From Macrostomum lignano (lineage: Eukaryota), in NCBI GenBank assembly GCA_002269645.1, contig NIVC01001295.1:1-64000 (forward strand): a DNA stretch of 64,000 nt. The letters run 5' to 3'. The position numbers and the translations under genes are program-made. This document shows, one piece after another, positions 27,401 to 40,400 of the stretch (its first letter is position 1; every line of letters starts with the position of its first letter). A model generated the notes under the pieces. The model searched no databases and was not told where the DNA came from. It worked only from the letters and a program-made list of their open reading frames with translations.

Positions 27401-28928
27401 TTATGTATATCCATCAACCGAAGCAAACGCGATGGAAAAGGCAGATTTGGTAAAAAGACTAAGTTTGCACTGTTTTGACCTGCCTCTCTTAAAAGATGAA
27501 CTGTATTTGCAGCTTTTGATGCAAACCATTCCTTCGCCGAAGTCGAAGCTGACTCCAAAAGAGCGCAAGTCAAAGTTCAAGTGCACATCTCCCAAGCTTT
27601 TTTGCTCTGCACACTCAAGCACATCGACGATATCAGCCAGCAGCCAGCAACCTCGTATAGCGGATTCAGATCTTCCTGCGGTGATCCAGTCGTCTTGGCA
27701 GCTGTTATCACTAATTGTGCCTCTGTTTTTACCATCGGACTTAGTCCTTTCATTTGCTGAATATTATCTAAATGAGCAGCTTAAAAGCAACAACGCTCTT
27801 GTCGCCAAGTTCGCCAGCTTCTGTCAATCTTGCATTCACAAGACTCGTGAACTTGGTGGTCGATCTCAGCCGCCATCGTCCTTAGAGGTGAACTCAATGC
27901 TTTTAAGGCAGCCATTTTCAGTTTCTGACCCGTTTAGTGTTCCAGTTTCTTTACTCGGAAAGCCCTACAAAGTCGTGGGCTTTCACGGCTCATCAACTGT
28001 TGCCGATCTTTGCAGGTCCGCAATCACAGCTTTTGATCTTCCTTCGACTCCAAACGTCGTCTACTCAATTTATGTCAAGGACAATCAGTCGTTTGTGTAC
28101 TTAGATGCAACATGGAAGGTGTGTGATGTTCTGAGCAAATGTGACAATGGAGTAAGCATCAGTACATTTGAAGATGTCAAGTCTAGTCCAGCTTCGATCG
28201 CACATTTGTCTATAAAAGACAGGCCAAGTCGCACTCCTGTGGATTTCTATCTTCGATGTCGCTCTTATCAGCTAAGCTTGTTCGATACTGAACTTATGGA
28301 TGTCGAATTAGAAGCCATCGTCTACCAAATCCAGTTTGACCTTCTCGTCAGCTACTATCCTGTCGATGGGGTGACACTTCTGATTACAGTCGCGCACCTT
28401 TGCCAAGCTCTGAAGGGTGATTACAAACAGATTATTCACAAGGATCAAACGCTCGGCCTTCTCATTAAGCAATTGTTTCCACTTGTGGTGACTCAGGAAG
28501 AGGATCGAGTCATGCACCTGAAGCTCATGCTACTAGAACAGTGGGGTGCGAATTGTTCCAAGACGAAGTTGATGTGTCTCCGCAACTACATTGGCTCCCT
28601 TTCTGGTCAGGACCATCTCGGAGCAAGATTTTTCCCCTGCCGATGCGTGGATTTTGATCTCTATCGAGGCACAGATTTGCTGCTGGCTGTATCTGAGCAG
28701 GCAATCCACATCTTTGACGCAAACGAGCAGAGTGTAATTGAGCAGGTGAATCTTGTTGACCTTGTCGCTTTTGGCGGTCAGAATTACAACTTTTTCTTGG
28801 TCACCAGCATGTCAAAGTCTTCTTGCTACCGCAAAATGCAGTTTACGTTTACCTCCCCATTGGATATTATGGAGTGTAGTCAGATTGTCTGCGACTATCT
28901 GAAAGCAGTCGATTCAAGAGGTCGTTAA
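24451..28928 (+). CDS. PLEKHH: PLEKHH1/2 (MAX-1)-like PH-PH-MyTH4-FERM protein, intronless, ~1490 aa if one -1 frameshift near 27045 is corrected
   Basis: ORF 24451-27135 has PH1 (KNGFVNKLSGKFKVWKRFWC) and the start of PH2 (KGWLKRVKCGNSKKFYC...SESDGDY). ORF 27042-28928 continues PH2 (FAIRAKEKEPVYF...W), then MyTH4 (LKDELYLQL...SWQLLSLIVPLFLPS...GGRSQPPSSLEV) and FERM entry (PFSVPV...VVGFHGSSTV), the order and motifs seen in PLEKHH1/2. Confidence 0.88.
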
Positions 28929-31900
28929 CTGAAATGTTTTGTATTTGCATGTACGAGTGTGCTAAATAAGCGAGCGTTGCTTAGTTGTTTATACAATTAG
29001 ACTATCTGTGCTCTGGCATCCCGACCAGGATCATATCAACTGAGCTCATTGTGTCTTCCCTTATAATGACTATTTTACTGGCACACTTCATCGTCTGCTT
29101 GTACATGTATTTCTGTGTCACTCGAGCCGCGTTTTCCCTCCGTTAATTAATCTGGTCTGAGTACAACATAATCTAAAAGCCTTTCCATATTTTCTCCTCA
29201 GATGCAACCATATTTTGACAATAATTTTTTAGGATTATCAATTTTTATGGATTATTTAGTCTATTCAGCCAACGTTAAACTGCTTAAAGTTAATAAAACG
29301 CGATTCTAGTAACCACGAGCGTAAGCTATTTTATGTATCATATATATAATGTATGTTATCTGCTCTGCAAAACTTGATTTGGTTTTTAATAAAACTTCTA
29401 TAGTCGTCGTTATATATTTTCCTTTTAACAGAATTACCTCCTATAATTTTTGACGTTATCAAAGTACTGCTCAGTAGATCAGGTGATTATGGCCGCGCAC
29501 ATAATATTAGAGCATGTAGTCGGAAATCTCAGTGCGTTTGTCACGTTGGTTAATGAATTATTCATTATTAAATCCAGGTCGATTTCTATTTCTTGTGCTA
29601 GCAATGTGCGGGATTGAAGGCCAAAGTGATCCCATATCCAGTTCTAAACCCCACGAAAGATACGTCCGTCTGCTGAGATAATCTTCGTTTGGTCGCAATG
29701 CGATAAGTCAGTCAGTTTTGGGTTGAAGATTTTTCTCTCGTGAAATACGAGTAGCGAACAGAAGTGCATCTTGCTGACTGATGGCGAGGGGCACCATCGC
29801 AGCTGGCCAGCACGTTCTTGCGTGGGAGAATCGGGCATTCGGAACAACACAGAATGAATGCAAAAGCTCTGTGTATCGACTGGACAAGCATTTCTGTATT
29901 GCAAAAAGTGGCTTTGATCGATTGCAGCAACGGTTCAATTTGTGCGCACAAGCCGTGTAGGTCAAGCGACTCCGTTCCGACCAGATTGGAAGCAGATCGT
30001 ACGCAGTGCATGCAGTTATCGCCCACCCAGTAAAAATCCCGTTGCACTGCACTGTACGCTCTCGTGTTGAAGTGCAGAAGTTGCATTTCCCTTTGTTTTT
30101 GCCCACTTGATAGTGAAAACCACTTGATGGTTCGAATCTGTTGATGGAAAACACCCGTTTCTGTTGCGTCCGTCTGGCCTTAAATCCACATCTTGCTGCA
30201 AACTTTTCAGTTACTAGCTTGCATAAATTGGCCTTCACAGAAGGCTGGCTGGACTGTGGAGTGCAGCGGCCGACTCATTAAAGCTATGCTATTTTTAGCG
30301 TATGCGATAGTTGGCTCCCGGCCCTCTTAGTTCGATTCAGACACAGATGAGAAAGACTAACTGAGAAAATCATTTCCATTTCCATATTATCGACTCGATC
30401 ATGGTCTAGGATCTGAAAAGCTTTCCGTCGGTCAATCAGCGGTCAGTGGTGGAATGAACTCCGATAAATTGGAAACTTAGGCCTATCGACTTTTGCTTCC
30501 CTTCAGTTATAAAGAATCACTGTGTACTTTTTGTACCAAGTCCACCTGCTCTTCAGTCTTCATTGAAGCTTCCTTTACTTATGGAAATTGTCAAGAAGTT
30601 AAACTCCATTGTAAGTCATAGTGGCTTTTAATCCTGCCTTATAATTTTTGCAACTTTCTTTAATCTTGCAACTTTTTAATCTTGCAACTTTTGTGACTAC
30701 AGAGATGTCAGATTGACCAGCTTGACTGACACAAAAGCGCTGAAGTTGAAAAATATGGTGTTAACTGTGTATGGAAGAAGAGACGTGTCAGCCATTTTTC
30801 AAACTACTAATGCTGCGCAGCTTTTAGGAAGAAAGTAAAACTTTAGCTTTCGTGACTTTTGCCTATTTATTAATCCTACTTTTGATGATGAATAAAATCG
30901 CTTGTATTGCCAAAGCATCCTCCATGGTCCCAGCCAGGTTCGCAGCCATAGTCCATTCTTGTTTGACTTTATTTTGGCTCCTGACCGGCTCTCGTCCTGG
31001 CGGCTAGCAGCCATCTCTTTCGGGTTGTTGGGGGGGGGGGGCACTTGTGCGCTGTTGGCCATCCAACCGGCTTTATGCCGTAACTTGAGACGCAGGCGCG
31101 CTTTCGCCTGCCCGCTGGCCCTGAGGGCCACTTCTGGTCGCGAGCGGGCCGGCCTCGTGGCTCATAATTGATGACTCGCTTCCAGCAGCAGCCTGTTTCC
31201 CTTTCAAGATAGAATAGGTGAGAGGCCGCATTGCCTGCAGCGGTTCGTGCTCATAAAATTTTGCTGCGAGGCCAGCGAGCCGGTGGATGGCAGCCATGCG
31301 AAAAGGCGGCCTTTTCCCAGGCCGTTAGTAATAATCCATTCGCCTGCCATCCTTCTTCCTGGAAATCCCCTGGCCCGAGATTCAATTAGGATGGGGATCT
31401 AAAAATGCTAATCCGCTACGCTGGCCGGGTCATAGTCCCCAGCACTGCTACGAAATCCCAACGCTTTCGTCTTAACGGCTCGACCTCGCACCCGCTCTCC
31501 TCTCTATTTCCCTTTAGCTGCTATCTGCGCCAGTCTCCCAGGCAGCCGCTTCATCTGCGTTTTTCTTGTCTTGGCTGGCCCTCCACACCGGCAACTCTAG
31601 AAGGAAAGGTGTGCACTGCAAGTTGGTATCGATCCAGCAGTCCGCAGTCTCCACTCGCCCGCCCAGCCTCCTCTTTCGCTTCTGCTTCTTTTTCCCACAG
31701 CTACCCTGCCGCTGCTGATGCTGCTGGCTGTTCTTCATCTCGTCTCTGCACGTTTGCTTCCTCGGTGTAGTGTGCCGAGTGCTTAAAGCCGGCCCAAGTT
31801 TGTTTGCTCCGCCTGCTTAGCGCTCATTATTCTCCGTGTCAGCGCCTCGCATCCCAACCTCTTGACTCGATGCGAGAGGGCTAAATTGCTGGTTTTAACT

Positions 31901-34689
31901 AACCCCGGGCGAGTAGAACATTGAGTCGGAAATATCGCTAGTATAGTTTCTGCTTCTAATTTTGCACCTGTACTTGCAGCTTTTACTTTACTCTTTCGAG
32001 TAACAGCTGCTAGAGAAAAAATTGTTTCTAAACTTTTCTTAAGTAACAATCTCAAATAAATTATGTTTCCATATTTCCTTGTGTTGCAGTAGTTGTTGTT
32101 TTATCATTTTTTTTGGCCTGTGACTATTAAATTATAGCTTTATTGTCGAATATTTAGGCTATGCATTTAGTGACGCCACATGTATCCTGTAACCGATATA
32201 TTTATTAGCGTTAAAGTACATATAGAGCGAAATGTACATTTATATATAAAAAACGATACGATGATTTTGCAATATTTGATACGTGCGTATAGCCATCATT
32301 TTCTAAGCAACGTGTCTCTATATGAAGTCTCTATATGAGGTATGAAGTATTAAAAAAAATATGCTACAGCAGGTGTGGTAGCTTTCAGCTGCATCATAGT
32401 TGCAGTAGTGACAACTATTTGTGGTGGCTAAATTACGACACATGAACAGTTTTTTTTTGCTGCGATGACAGCTACGAGTACATTGTGTCGTGTCAGTTAA
32501 AATTCTGCCCTAAACTTGCTAACTGCGAAAAACTGGCTACCGAGCCATTGCTAAGGCAATCCGTACTGCAGGTTAAACTTGGCATATTTCTTGTCTCTAT
32601 ATTTAGTTCCCCGGTGTGCGGGGAGGTTCCTTCACTCTAACTGTGACCGCCTGTGCGCCTTGTTTATTCGAATTGCAAATGCCCCTTCGGGCTTTCTGTA
32701 TAAACACGCGGGCCCCTAGCGGCTGGGGTTGGCGAATCAGTTTCTTTTTTTCCTTGCGTTTTTTCGGCCCAACGTTTCTCTTAGTAGACGATCTGCGCTG
32801 CAAAACCTGCGAGCCCTGGAGACTTTATTTTAAAGCATTGAAGAGATTTTCGAAGCGATAGACGAATAGTTCTTTATCAATCTTAGTTGGCGTCCTGTAG
32901 GGGAGCAACCGGGCGCAGACCGGGAAGGGTTCGACTAGAAAATGGCCGATCAGTCCGCTGGTGGCACTCTGCGCGACCGTGTCCGGCGGGGTGTCCTGTG
33001 TAAGTGCATCTGGCCTGCGCTGCAATTTCGCAAAGATTTACAACGCTAGTCTAGTTTCTGGCCAGCCATATCGGACAGGGAGTTGTTCGTGTTTGCAATC
33101 TGCAACATAGCGCATTTCATTCAGATTCGGTCAGCGAATATAAATCATCGAATTGTCAATTTTGATGAAAACTCTGCCTCTGGTGATCAATCCATGATCG
33201 TAATTTTTCAAGCGGCTGGATGCACTTTCCTGCTTTACCTAGCCTTTGCTAGGCGAAGTTTTCGGGGCTCCACATTTTCGCATCAAAGGCGGTGCTGTCT
33301 TCAACTTTGTTGGGACCTGACAGAAGTGAAGCAAATTTGAAAGCAGGATAGCTGCCCCTTGTGATGCAGGCGGATGCTGGCCGGTGCGGTGTCGGTGCCA
33401 TGCGAGCTGTGCGCCCTCCCCTGGCGCAAGCGCTGCGCGGCGCATTCTTGGCCTCACATTCATCCTGCCTGTTCCCCTGGGCCTGGCGTCGCCTTCTCCC
33501 ATGTCTACCCTGCAGCCAAGGGTCGTGGCCCGAGCTGACCCGAATTCCGCTCCCACAGCTGCGGAATCTTTGCGTTTCCTCTTCCGTGCCTTGCGGCTCT
33601 CCTTTGCCGTCTGGTCGCTTATTTCTTAGGCCTGGGGCCTGACTAATGATAATATAATAATAATAATAATATTATTATTTTCATCTTTCTCAGAATATCA
33701 GTCTCTTGTGTCAGTCGGCGTCTGATGACGTAATCACGGGATTGAATAATTTTATGCAATTTACCACTGCTGCTATGATGAGCACACTAATGAGGACACT
33801 ACGCTCCTAGTAAGCAACTGTTTGACGCACCATTCGAAACAATATCTACATTAATAGAATTAGTATCAAATTCACAGCGCTGTTTGCGTGCTTCTTGCCT
33901 ACTTGGTGATAATTTCCTGATTTACTGTTTCGGAGTAGCTATCGGGTTTCTGATGTCTTGGCCCACCACTCCCCACCCACTTGGCCACCACTTTCTGCCC
34001 GTCTGTGCTTGCTAGTGTCGGGAAGACGCTTCGGTAAAAACAGTTTTGAGCACTGCTAGCCTACTCCCGACTTGGGATCGATGCACGCCCAGTGTCAGTT
34101 TGAATTTCTGCGCCTCTGCCAACCTGCTCCCTGTTAGCCCGCCATCTTCCCAGGTTCGTGTGTGCTCAGGCTGAGCTGACAGCTCATCGATTGATCCGTC
34201 GGGGTGTAAGAAAATGTCAGACTGCATCGCGTCATTGGTGGCTTGGTTTCCTGAATTAATATTTCATTTAGAGTGGTGTTCCATACTCTTTCGGCTTACA
34301 CTTCCCTGGGCTTGGGCCTTTTTCGGGAAATTGAGTCTCCTGATAATAATTAGCGCGTCTACTTGGTCTCACTCTCCCTGTCTCTAATTGGCCCCCACGT
34401 GATTTTCCGCTTCGCCAGCCGTGGGTAGCTAAGATTAGCATGGTTCCTCTGGCTTCTGGCAGATCTGGCCCTTCTTTTCATGCTACATGAAGTTTTGAAA
34501 ATCACACGGCAAATATGCTACTGGAAGTAGACAAAGAGACAAAAAGCCAAAGCTATCGAAATTTTACTACTGCACGGCACAGGGCTTCGTTGATTTTCCT
34601 GGGAGCGTTGCGTCGTGTACTTAGATTAGAGTAAGATAGCATAAGATGACTGGTATTTTATCCCAATATAATCAGTCTAATCTCCTACC

Positions 34690-35355
34690 TTCAAGAATCT
34701 CCCATCCTACCTTTAAGAATCTCCCATTCTTCCTCTAACAATCGCTCATCCTCCCTGTAAGAATCGCCCACCCTCCCTGCAAGAATCGCCCCATCCTCCC
34801 TGCAAGAATCGCCCCATCCTCCCTGCAAGAATCGCCCCATCCTCCCTGCAAGAATCGCCCACTCTCCCTGCAAGAATCGCCCCATCCTCCCTGCAAGAAT
34901 CGCCCACTCTCCCTGCAAGAATCGCCCCATCCTCCCTGCAAGAATCACCCACTTTCCCTGCAAGAATCGCCCCATCCTCCCTGCAAGAATCGCCCACTCT
35001 CCCTGCAAGAATCGCCCACCCTCCCTGTAAGAATCGCCCACCCTCCCTGCAAGAATCGCCCATCCTACTTGCAAGAATCGCCCATCCTACTTGCAAGAAT
35101 CGCCCATCCTCCCTGCAAGAATCGCCCACCCTCCCTGCAAGAATCGCCCACCCTCCCTGCAAGAATCGCCCATCCTCTCTTCAAGAATCGCCCATCCTCC
35201 GTAAAAGAATCGCCCACCCTCCCTGCAAGAATCGCCCATCCTCCCTTCAAGAGTCGCTCATCCTCTCTTCAAGAATCGTCCATATCCCTTCAGGAATCGT
35301 TAATTTCCCCTCAGGAATCGCTAATATCCCTTCAGGAATCGTCCATCTCCCTTCA
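34690..35355. repeat. 21-22-bp minisatellite upstream of the first identified Diaphanous exon
   Basis: Unit (T/C)CCTCCCTGCAAGAATCGCCC(C)A, decaying towards the acceptor at 35379. Confidence 0.93.
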
Positions 35356-35393
35356 GGAATTTCCTATCCATCCCCGCAGCCAAGAAGTCGCAG

Positions 35394-37041
35394 ATGTCAA
35401 TTAAAGAGCGAAAGAAAGGCAACGGCGGCGGCGTCAGTGGCGGCCCGCTGTTCCGCCGCGGCAGCTCATCCTCAGAGTCGGCCTTTGCCACGGAGAAGCC
35501 CCAGCAACAGCAGCAGTCGATGCTGCACCAGCGGGCGCCGATGAGCCCGGAGGAGCTGGAGACTGCGCTGGCCGACATGATCCAGGACCTCAACCTGGAC
35601 GAGCGCTCCTTCCAGAACAAGGACAGGCGCGCCCTGGCCGTGATGCTGCACAACTACAAGGAGCACAAGCAGAGCGCCCAGTCTGACTTCGCCACCTGTC
35701 TGACGCTGCTGAAGCGGCTCGCCGGCCGGCCAGACGGGCCCTCGGCCGAGGAGGCGGACCGGGGCGCTTCGCAGCTGCGAATGCACATGGCAACGCTGAC
35801 CATCTCGGATGTGCGGCGCTTCGCCGATGCCGGCGGCCTGATGGCGCTGACGCAGCTGTTGGAGCACTGCGCCAGGTCCGTGGTGCTGGCGGCCGGGGAG
35901 CAGGGCAAGGAGGTTCGTTTGGGTCGGGCTGGGACCTGATGAGGCTGGGACCTGATGAGGCTGGGACCTGATGAAAGCTGGGACCTGATGAGGCTGGGAC
36001 CTGATGAGTCTGGGACCTGATGAAGGCTGGGACCTGATGAGGCTGGGACCTGATGAGGCTGGGACCTAATGAGGCTGTGATCTTGAGGTTTTTTTAGCTG
36101 AGTGAGGGGTGTAGCTGGGGTGTGGGTATCAGGGGGTGTGGGTATCTGAGGGTGTGGGTATCTGGGGAAGTGGGTATCTGGGGAAGTGGGTATCTGAGGG
36201 TGTGGGTATCTGGGGAAGTGGGTATCTGGGGAAGTGGGTATCTGGGGAAGTGGGTATCTGAAGTGTGGGTATCTGGGGGTGTGGGTATCAAGGGGTGTGG
36301 ATATCTGGGGGTGTGGGTATCTGAGGGTGTGTATCTGGGGGTGTGGGTATCTGGGGCTGTGGGTATCGGAAGTGTGGGTATCTGGGGGTGTGGGTATCTG
36401 AGGGTGTGGGGATCCTGGTGTTTTTGGAATCTGAGTGACTAGCTCACAATGATATAAATGAGTTTGAGCAGCTGAATTCCCCTCCGATCCCCCAGGCGGT
36501 GCTGTGGCGCAAGGCCTGCCACAACACCCTGCTGAGTCTGCGCAAGTTCTGCGACAACAGCTTCGGAATGACGCACCTGCTGCGGCACCAGCCCAGAGCT
36601 GTTTCCACCATCGTTGAGTCGCTGAGCATCGTGCCGTTCCTGCCGCCTAGCGAGTATCCCCTGGGCAGCTGCATCTTCGACATTCTGTCTTCGTTCCTGT
36701 TTTACTACAAGAGCAAGTCGGAGGAGCTCGCCAGTGCTCGGGTTTGTGCGCTCTGCCTGTCTGCCTGCCTGTCTGCCTGCCTGTCTGCCTGCCCATCTGC
36801 CTGCCTGTCTGTCTGCCTATCTGCCTGCCTGTCTGCCTGCCTGTCTGCCTGCCTGTCTGTCTATTTGCCTATCTGTCTGTCTGTCTGTCTGTCTGTGTGT
36901 GTCTGCCTGTCTGCCTGTCTGTCTGTCTGTCTGTCTGTCTGTCTTTGTGTTTACAGTAGCAGTAGCAGTGACTCTCTTAAAATGGATGCTGTTTGTCTTA
37001 GTGTCTGTCTGTGTGTGTGTCTGTCTCTCTGTCTGTTTGCC

Positions 37042-37078
<37 letters not shown>

Positions 37079-37090
37079 TTGTGTCTGTCC

Positions 37091-37140
<50 letters not shown>

Positions 37141-37141
37141 G

Positions 37142-37192
<51 letters not shown>

Positions 37193-37193
37193 G

Positions 37194-37264
<71 letters not shown>

Positions 37265-37399
37265 GTGTGTGTCTGTCTGTTTGCCTGTCTGTCTGTCTGT
37301 CTGTGTGTCTGTCTGTCTGTCTGTCTGTCTATGTGTCTGTGTGTCTGTCTGTCTGTCTATGTGTCTGTGTGTCTGTTTGTCTTAGTGTCTGTCTGTGTT

Positions 37400-37432
<33 letters not shown>

Positions 37433-40400
37433 GTGTCTGTGTGTCTGTTTGTCTTAGTGTCTGTCTGTGTGTCTGTGTGTCTGTTTTCCTGTAATTTACT
37501 ATAAGTAGTACACGCTCACGTCACAAGTTCCCGCTGCCCTCCGCCCCGCCCCAGGTGGAGAACGCCAACACCATCGTGCTGCGCGCGTTCAGCACCTCCC
37601 GCACCCTCTTCGCCTCCGACTCGGCCTCAGCGACTTCAGCGGCACCTTCTGGCCCCGCCGGCCCTGCCACTGGCGCCGCTGCCTGCGCCTCCGGCGGCCC
37701 TGGCGGCGGCCGCTTTTTCCAGATCCGCAACACGCTGGACAAGGCCTGCGCTCTGCTCAGCCGGCCGGACGTGGGCACGGAGACCCGGGTTCGAGCCTAC
37801 GAACTGCTGCAGGACTGCCTGGTGTTTGTGAACACCTTGCTGGACACCTGCGAGGGAGTTCACCACCGCATGGCAGTCCGGACCGAGCTGTGGGGCTTCG
37901 GCGGCCTCCGAGCCCGCTGGCAGCTGCTCGGTCGCCTGGTGCGGGACGCCCCGACCGGCTGTGCAGGACTCAGTACGATGTGTTCCAGGTGAGCCTGCGC
38001 GGGTTGTACGAGTGCTAACTTAAGGGATCTGTTCTTTGTTCTTCTGTCCTGAGCAATGACTCAGGTTCATTTTACAACTACCAGTCTAGCCAGCAATCCC
38101 CGGCTTCCCATCCAGGAGCAGCGATTCCCGGTTTTCCCTTCTAGGAGCAGCAATTGCCGGTTTTCCCTTCTAGGAGTAGCAATTCCCGGTTTTCTCTTCC
38201 AGGAGCAGCAATTTCCGGTTTTCCCTTCCAGAAGCAGCAATTCCCGGTTTTCTCTCCAGGAGCAGCAATTCCCGGTTTTCTCTTCCAGGAGCAGCAATTC
38301 CCGGTTTTCTCTTCCAGGAGCAGCAATTTCCGGTTTTCCCTTCCAGAAGCAGCAATTCCCGGTTTTCTCTCCAGGAGCAGCAATTCCCAGTTTTCCCTTC
38401 CAGGAGCAAGCCGACCAGGACACCCTGGAGATCAGCGACCGCTTCGAGTCAGCAGCCACCGAGTTCGCCAGCTTCAGCGAGCCGCACCGCATTTTCGAGC
38501 TGCTGGCTCGCACTGTGCAGGGCACGGAGGCCGAGTGGTACTTCCGCAGCGTGCTGCTGCACCTGCTCTTCATCCCCGTGGATGAGCAGCACAAAGAGTA
38601 CTTCAAGTTGCTGGAGGAGCTGGTCTCCCAGCTGGTGCTGACCCGGGATGGCACCTACCCAGACTTCCGGTCCAGGGACCTGCGCGCCTACTTCGACTTC
38701 GATGCGGTCAGGAAAGACATGGTTACCATGGAGACCAGGGAGCGGGAGCGGCTGAAAGCCCTGCTCGAGGAGCAACTGCGGGTCGGCGAGTGCGAGCGGC
38801 GGGCCGCTGCCGATGCTCTGCGGGAGCGGGCCGCCGCCCTGGAGGCCCAGCTGGCCGAGGCGAACCGACGGCTGGAGGACGCGAACCGGAGACTGCAGCT
38901 GGGAGGGGGTGGCCCGCCCGCTGCCCCTGCCGCTGGGGCGCCGCCAGGTGAGGCAATCAAGTCACTGCTTGGGATTGAAATCATTAGTTGCTGGGCTAGC
39001 CTCCCAGATCCTCAGTGGCCGGGCTAGCCTCGCAGATCCTCAGTTGCTGGGCCACCAGCCTCCCAGATCCTCAGTGGCCGGGCCAGCCTCCCAGATCTTC
39101 GGTTTCTGGGCCAGCCTCTCAAATTCTCAGATGCTGGACCAGCCTCTCATATCCTCAGTTGCTGGGCCAGCCTCTCAGATCCTCAGTGGCCGGGCTAGCC
39201 TCCAAGATCCTCAGTTGCTGGGCCACCAGCCTCCCAGATCCTCAGTGGCCGGGCCAGCCTCCCAGATCCTCGGTTTCTGGGCCAGCCTCTCAAATTCTCA
39301 GATGCTGGACCAGCCTCTCATATCCTCAGTTGCTGGGCCAGCCTCTCAGATCCTCAGTGGCCGGGCTAGCTTCCAAGATTCTCAGTTGCTGGGCCACCAG
39401 CCTCCCAGATCCTCAGTTGCTGGGCCAGCCTCTCATATCCTCAGTTGCTGGGCCAGCCTCTCAGATCCTCAGTGCTGGGTCAGCCTCTCATATCCTCAGT
39501 TGCTGAGCCAGCCTCTCAGATCCTCAGTTGCTGGACCAGCCTCTCATCCTCAGTTGCTGGGCCAGCCTCCCAGATCCTCAGTTGCTGGACCAGCCTCCCA
39601 GATCCTCAGTTGCTGGACCAGCCTCTCATCCTCAGTTGCTGGGCCAGCCTCGACCCAGATCCTCAGTTCAGCTATGCCAGCCTCCCAGATCCTCAGTTGC
39701 TGGGCAAAAATTTGAATTTTATTTCAATTTCAGCTCCGGCCGCAGCGGCACCTCCGCCGCCACCGCCTCCCCCGCCGCCACCGCCCCCTCCGCCCCCTCC
39801 GCCGCCGCCGCCGCCACCCCGCCGCCGCCTCCCGGCCTTGGCTGTCCGCCACCTCCGCCGCCGCCGCCGCACGGCCTGCGGCCGAAGCCGGAGCACAAGC
39901 TGGCGAACCCCACGAAGCGGCTCAACTGGCAGCCCGTGCCGCCCATCCAGCTGAAGAAGGAGTCGCTCTGGGTGCGGCCTTCGGGCTGATGTGGAAATTC
40001 TGCTTTTTAGAGACTTTTCTTAGATTTCTCGAGTTTTCTTCAGAATCGCTCAAATCCTATTCAGAGTCTCCTAGGGGTTGTTGCCTAGTGGTAGAGCGTC
40101 GGACTCACGACTTGAAGGTCGGAGGTTCGACTCCCGATCCCACTGGAACAATGAGCAAGACAGTTAACTCTGCATTTCTTCAGTTCACCCAGCTGTAAAA
40201 TGGGTGCCAGCATTAGCTGGAGTAATTGAGGGTGATTGAGGGTGTGTGGCGACCCCCAGTCCTTGGACTGAACAGCCGTAAGCAGCCTTCAGATGCGCCG
40301 CGCAATAGCTGCGGCTGAGCTGTCGGTTGCACAACTGGCCCAATTTGGGCAGGTATAATAAAAATCGAATATCCAGACTTTCCTTCCATCCCCAACTCCC

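Noticed and set aside
29708-30238. Overlapping 176-aa and 124-aa minus-strand ORFs
   Set aside because: No recognisable domain, no convincing splice structure, and neither frame is clearly favoured.
27040-39820. C-insertion RNA editing or programmed frameshifting as a shared cause of the three missing bases
   Set aside because: Two sites are in C homopolymers, typical of long-read indel errors. The third is fixed equally well by G or C, and no slippery sites are present.
40074-40145. Functional tRNA gene
   Set aside because: Acceptor and anticodon stems pair poorly and the sequence runs straight into a SINE body.
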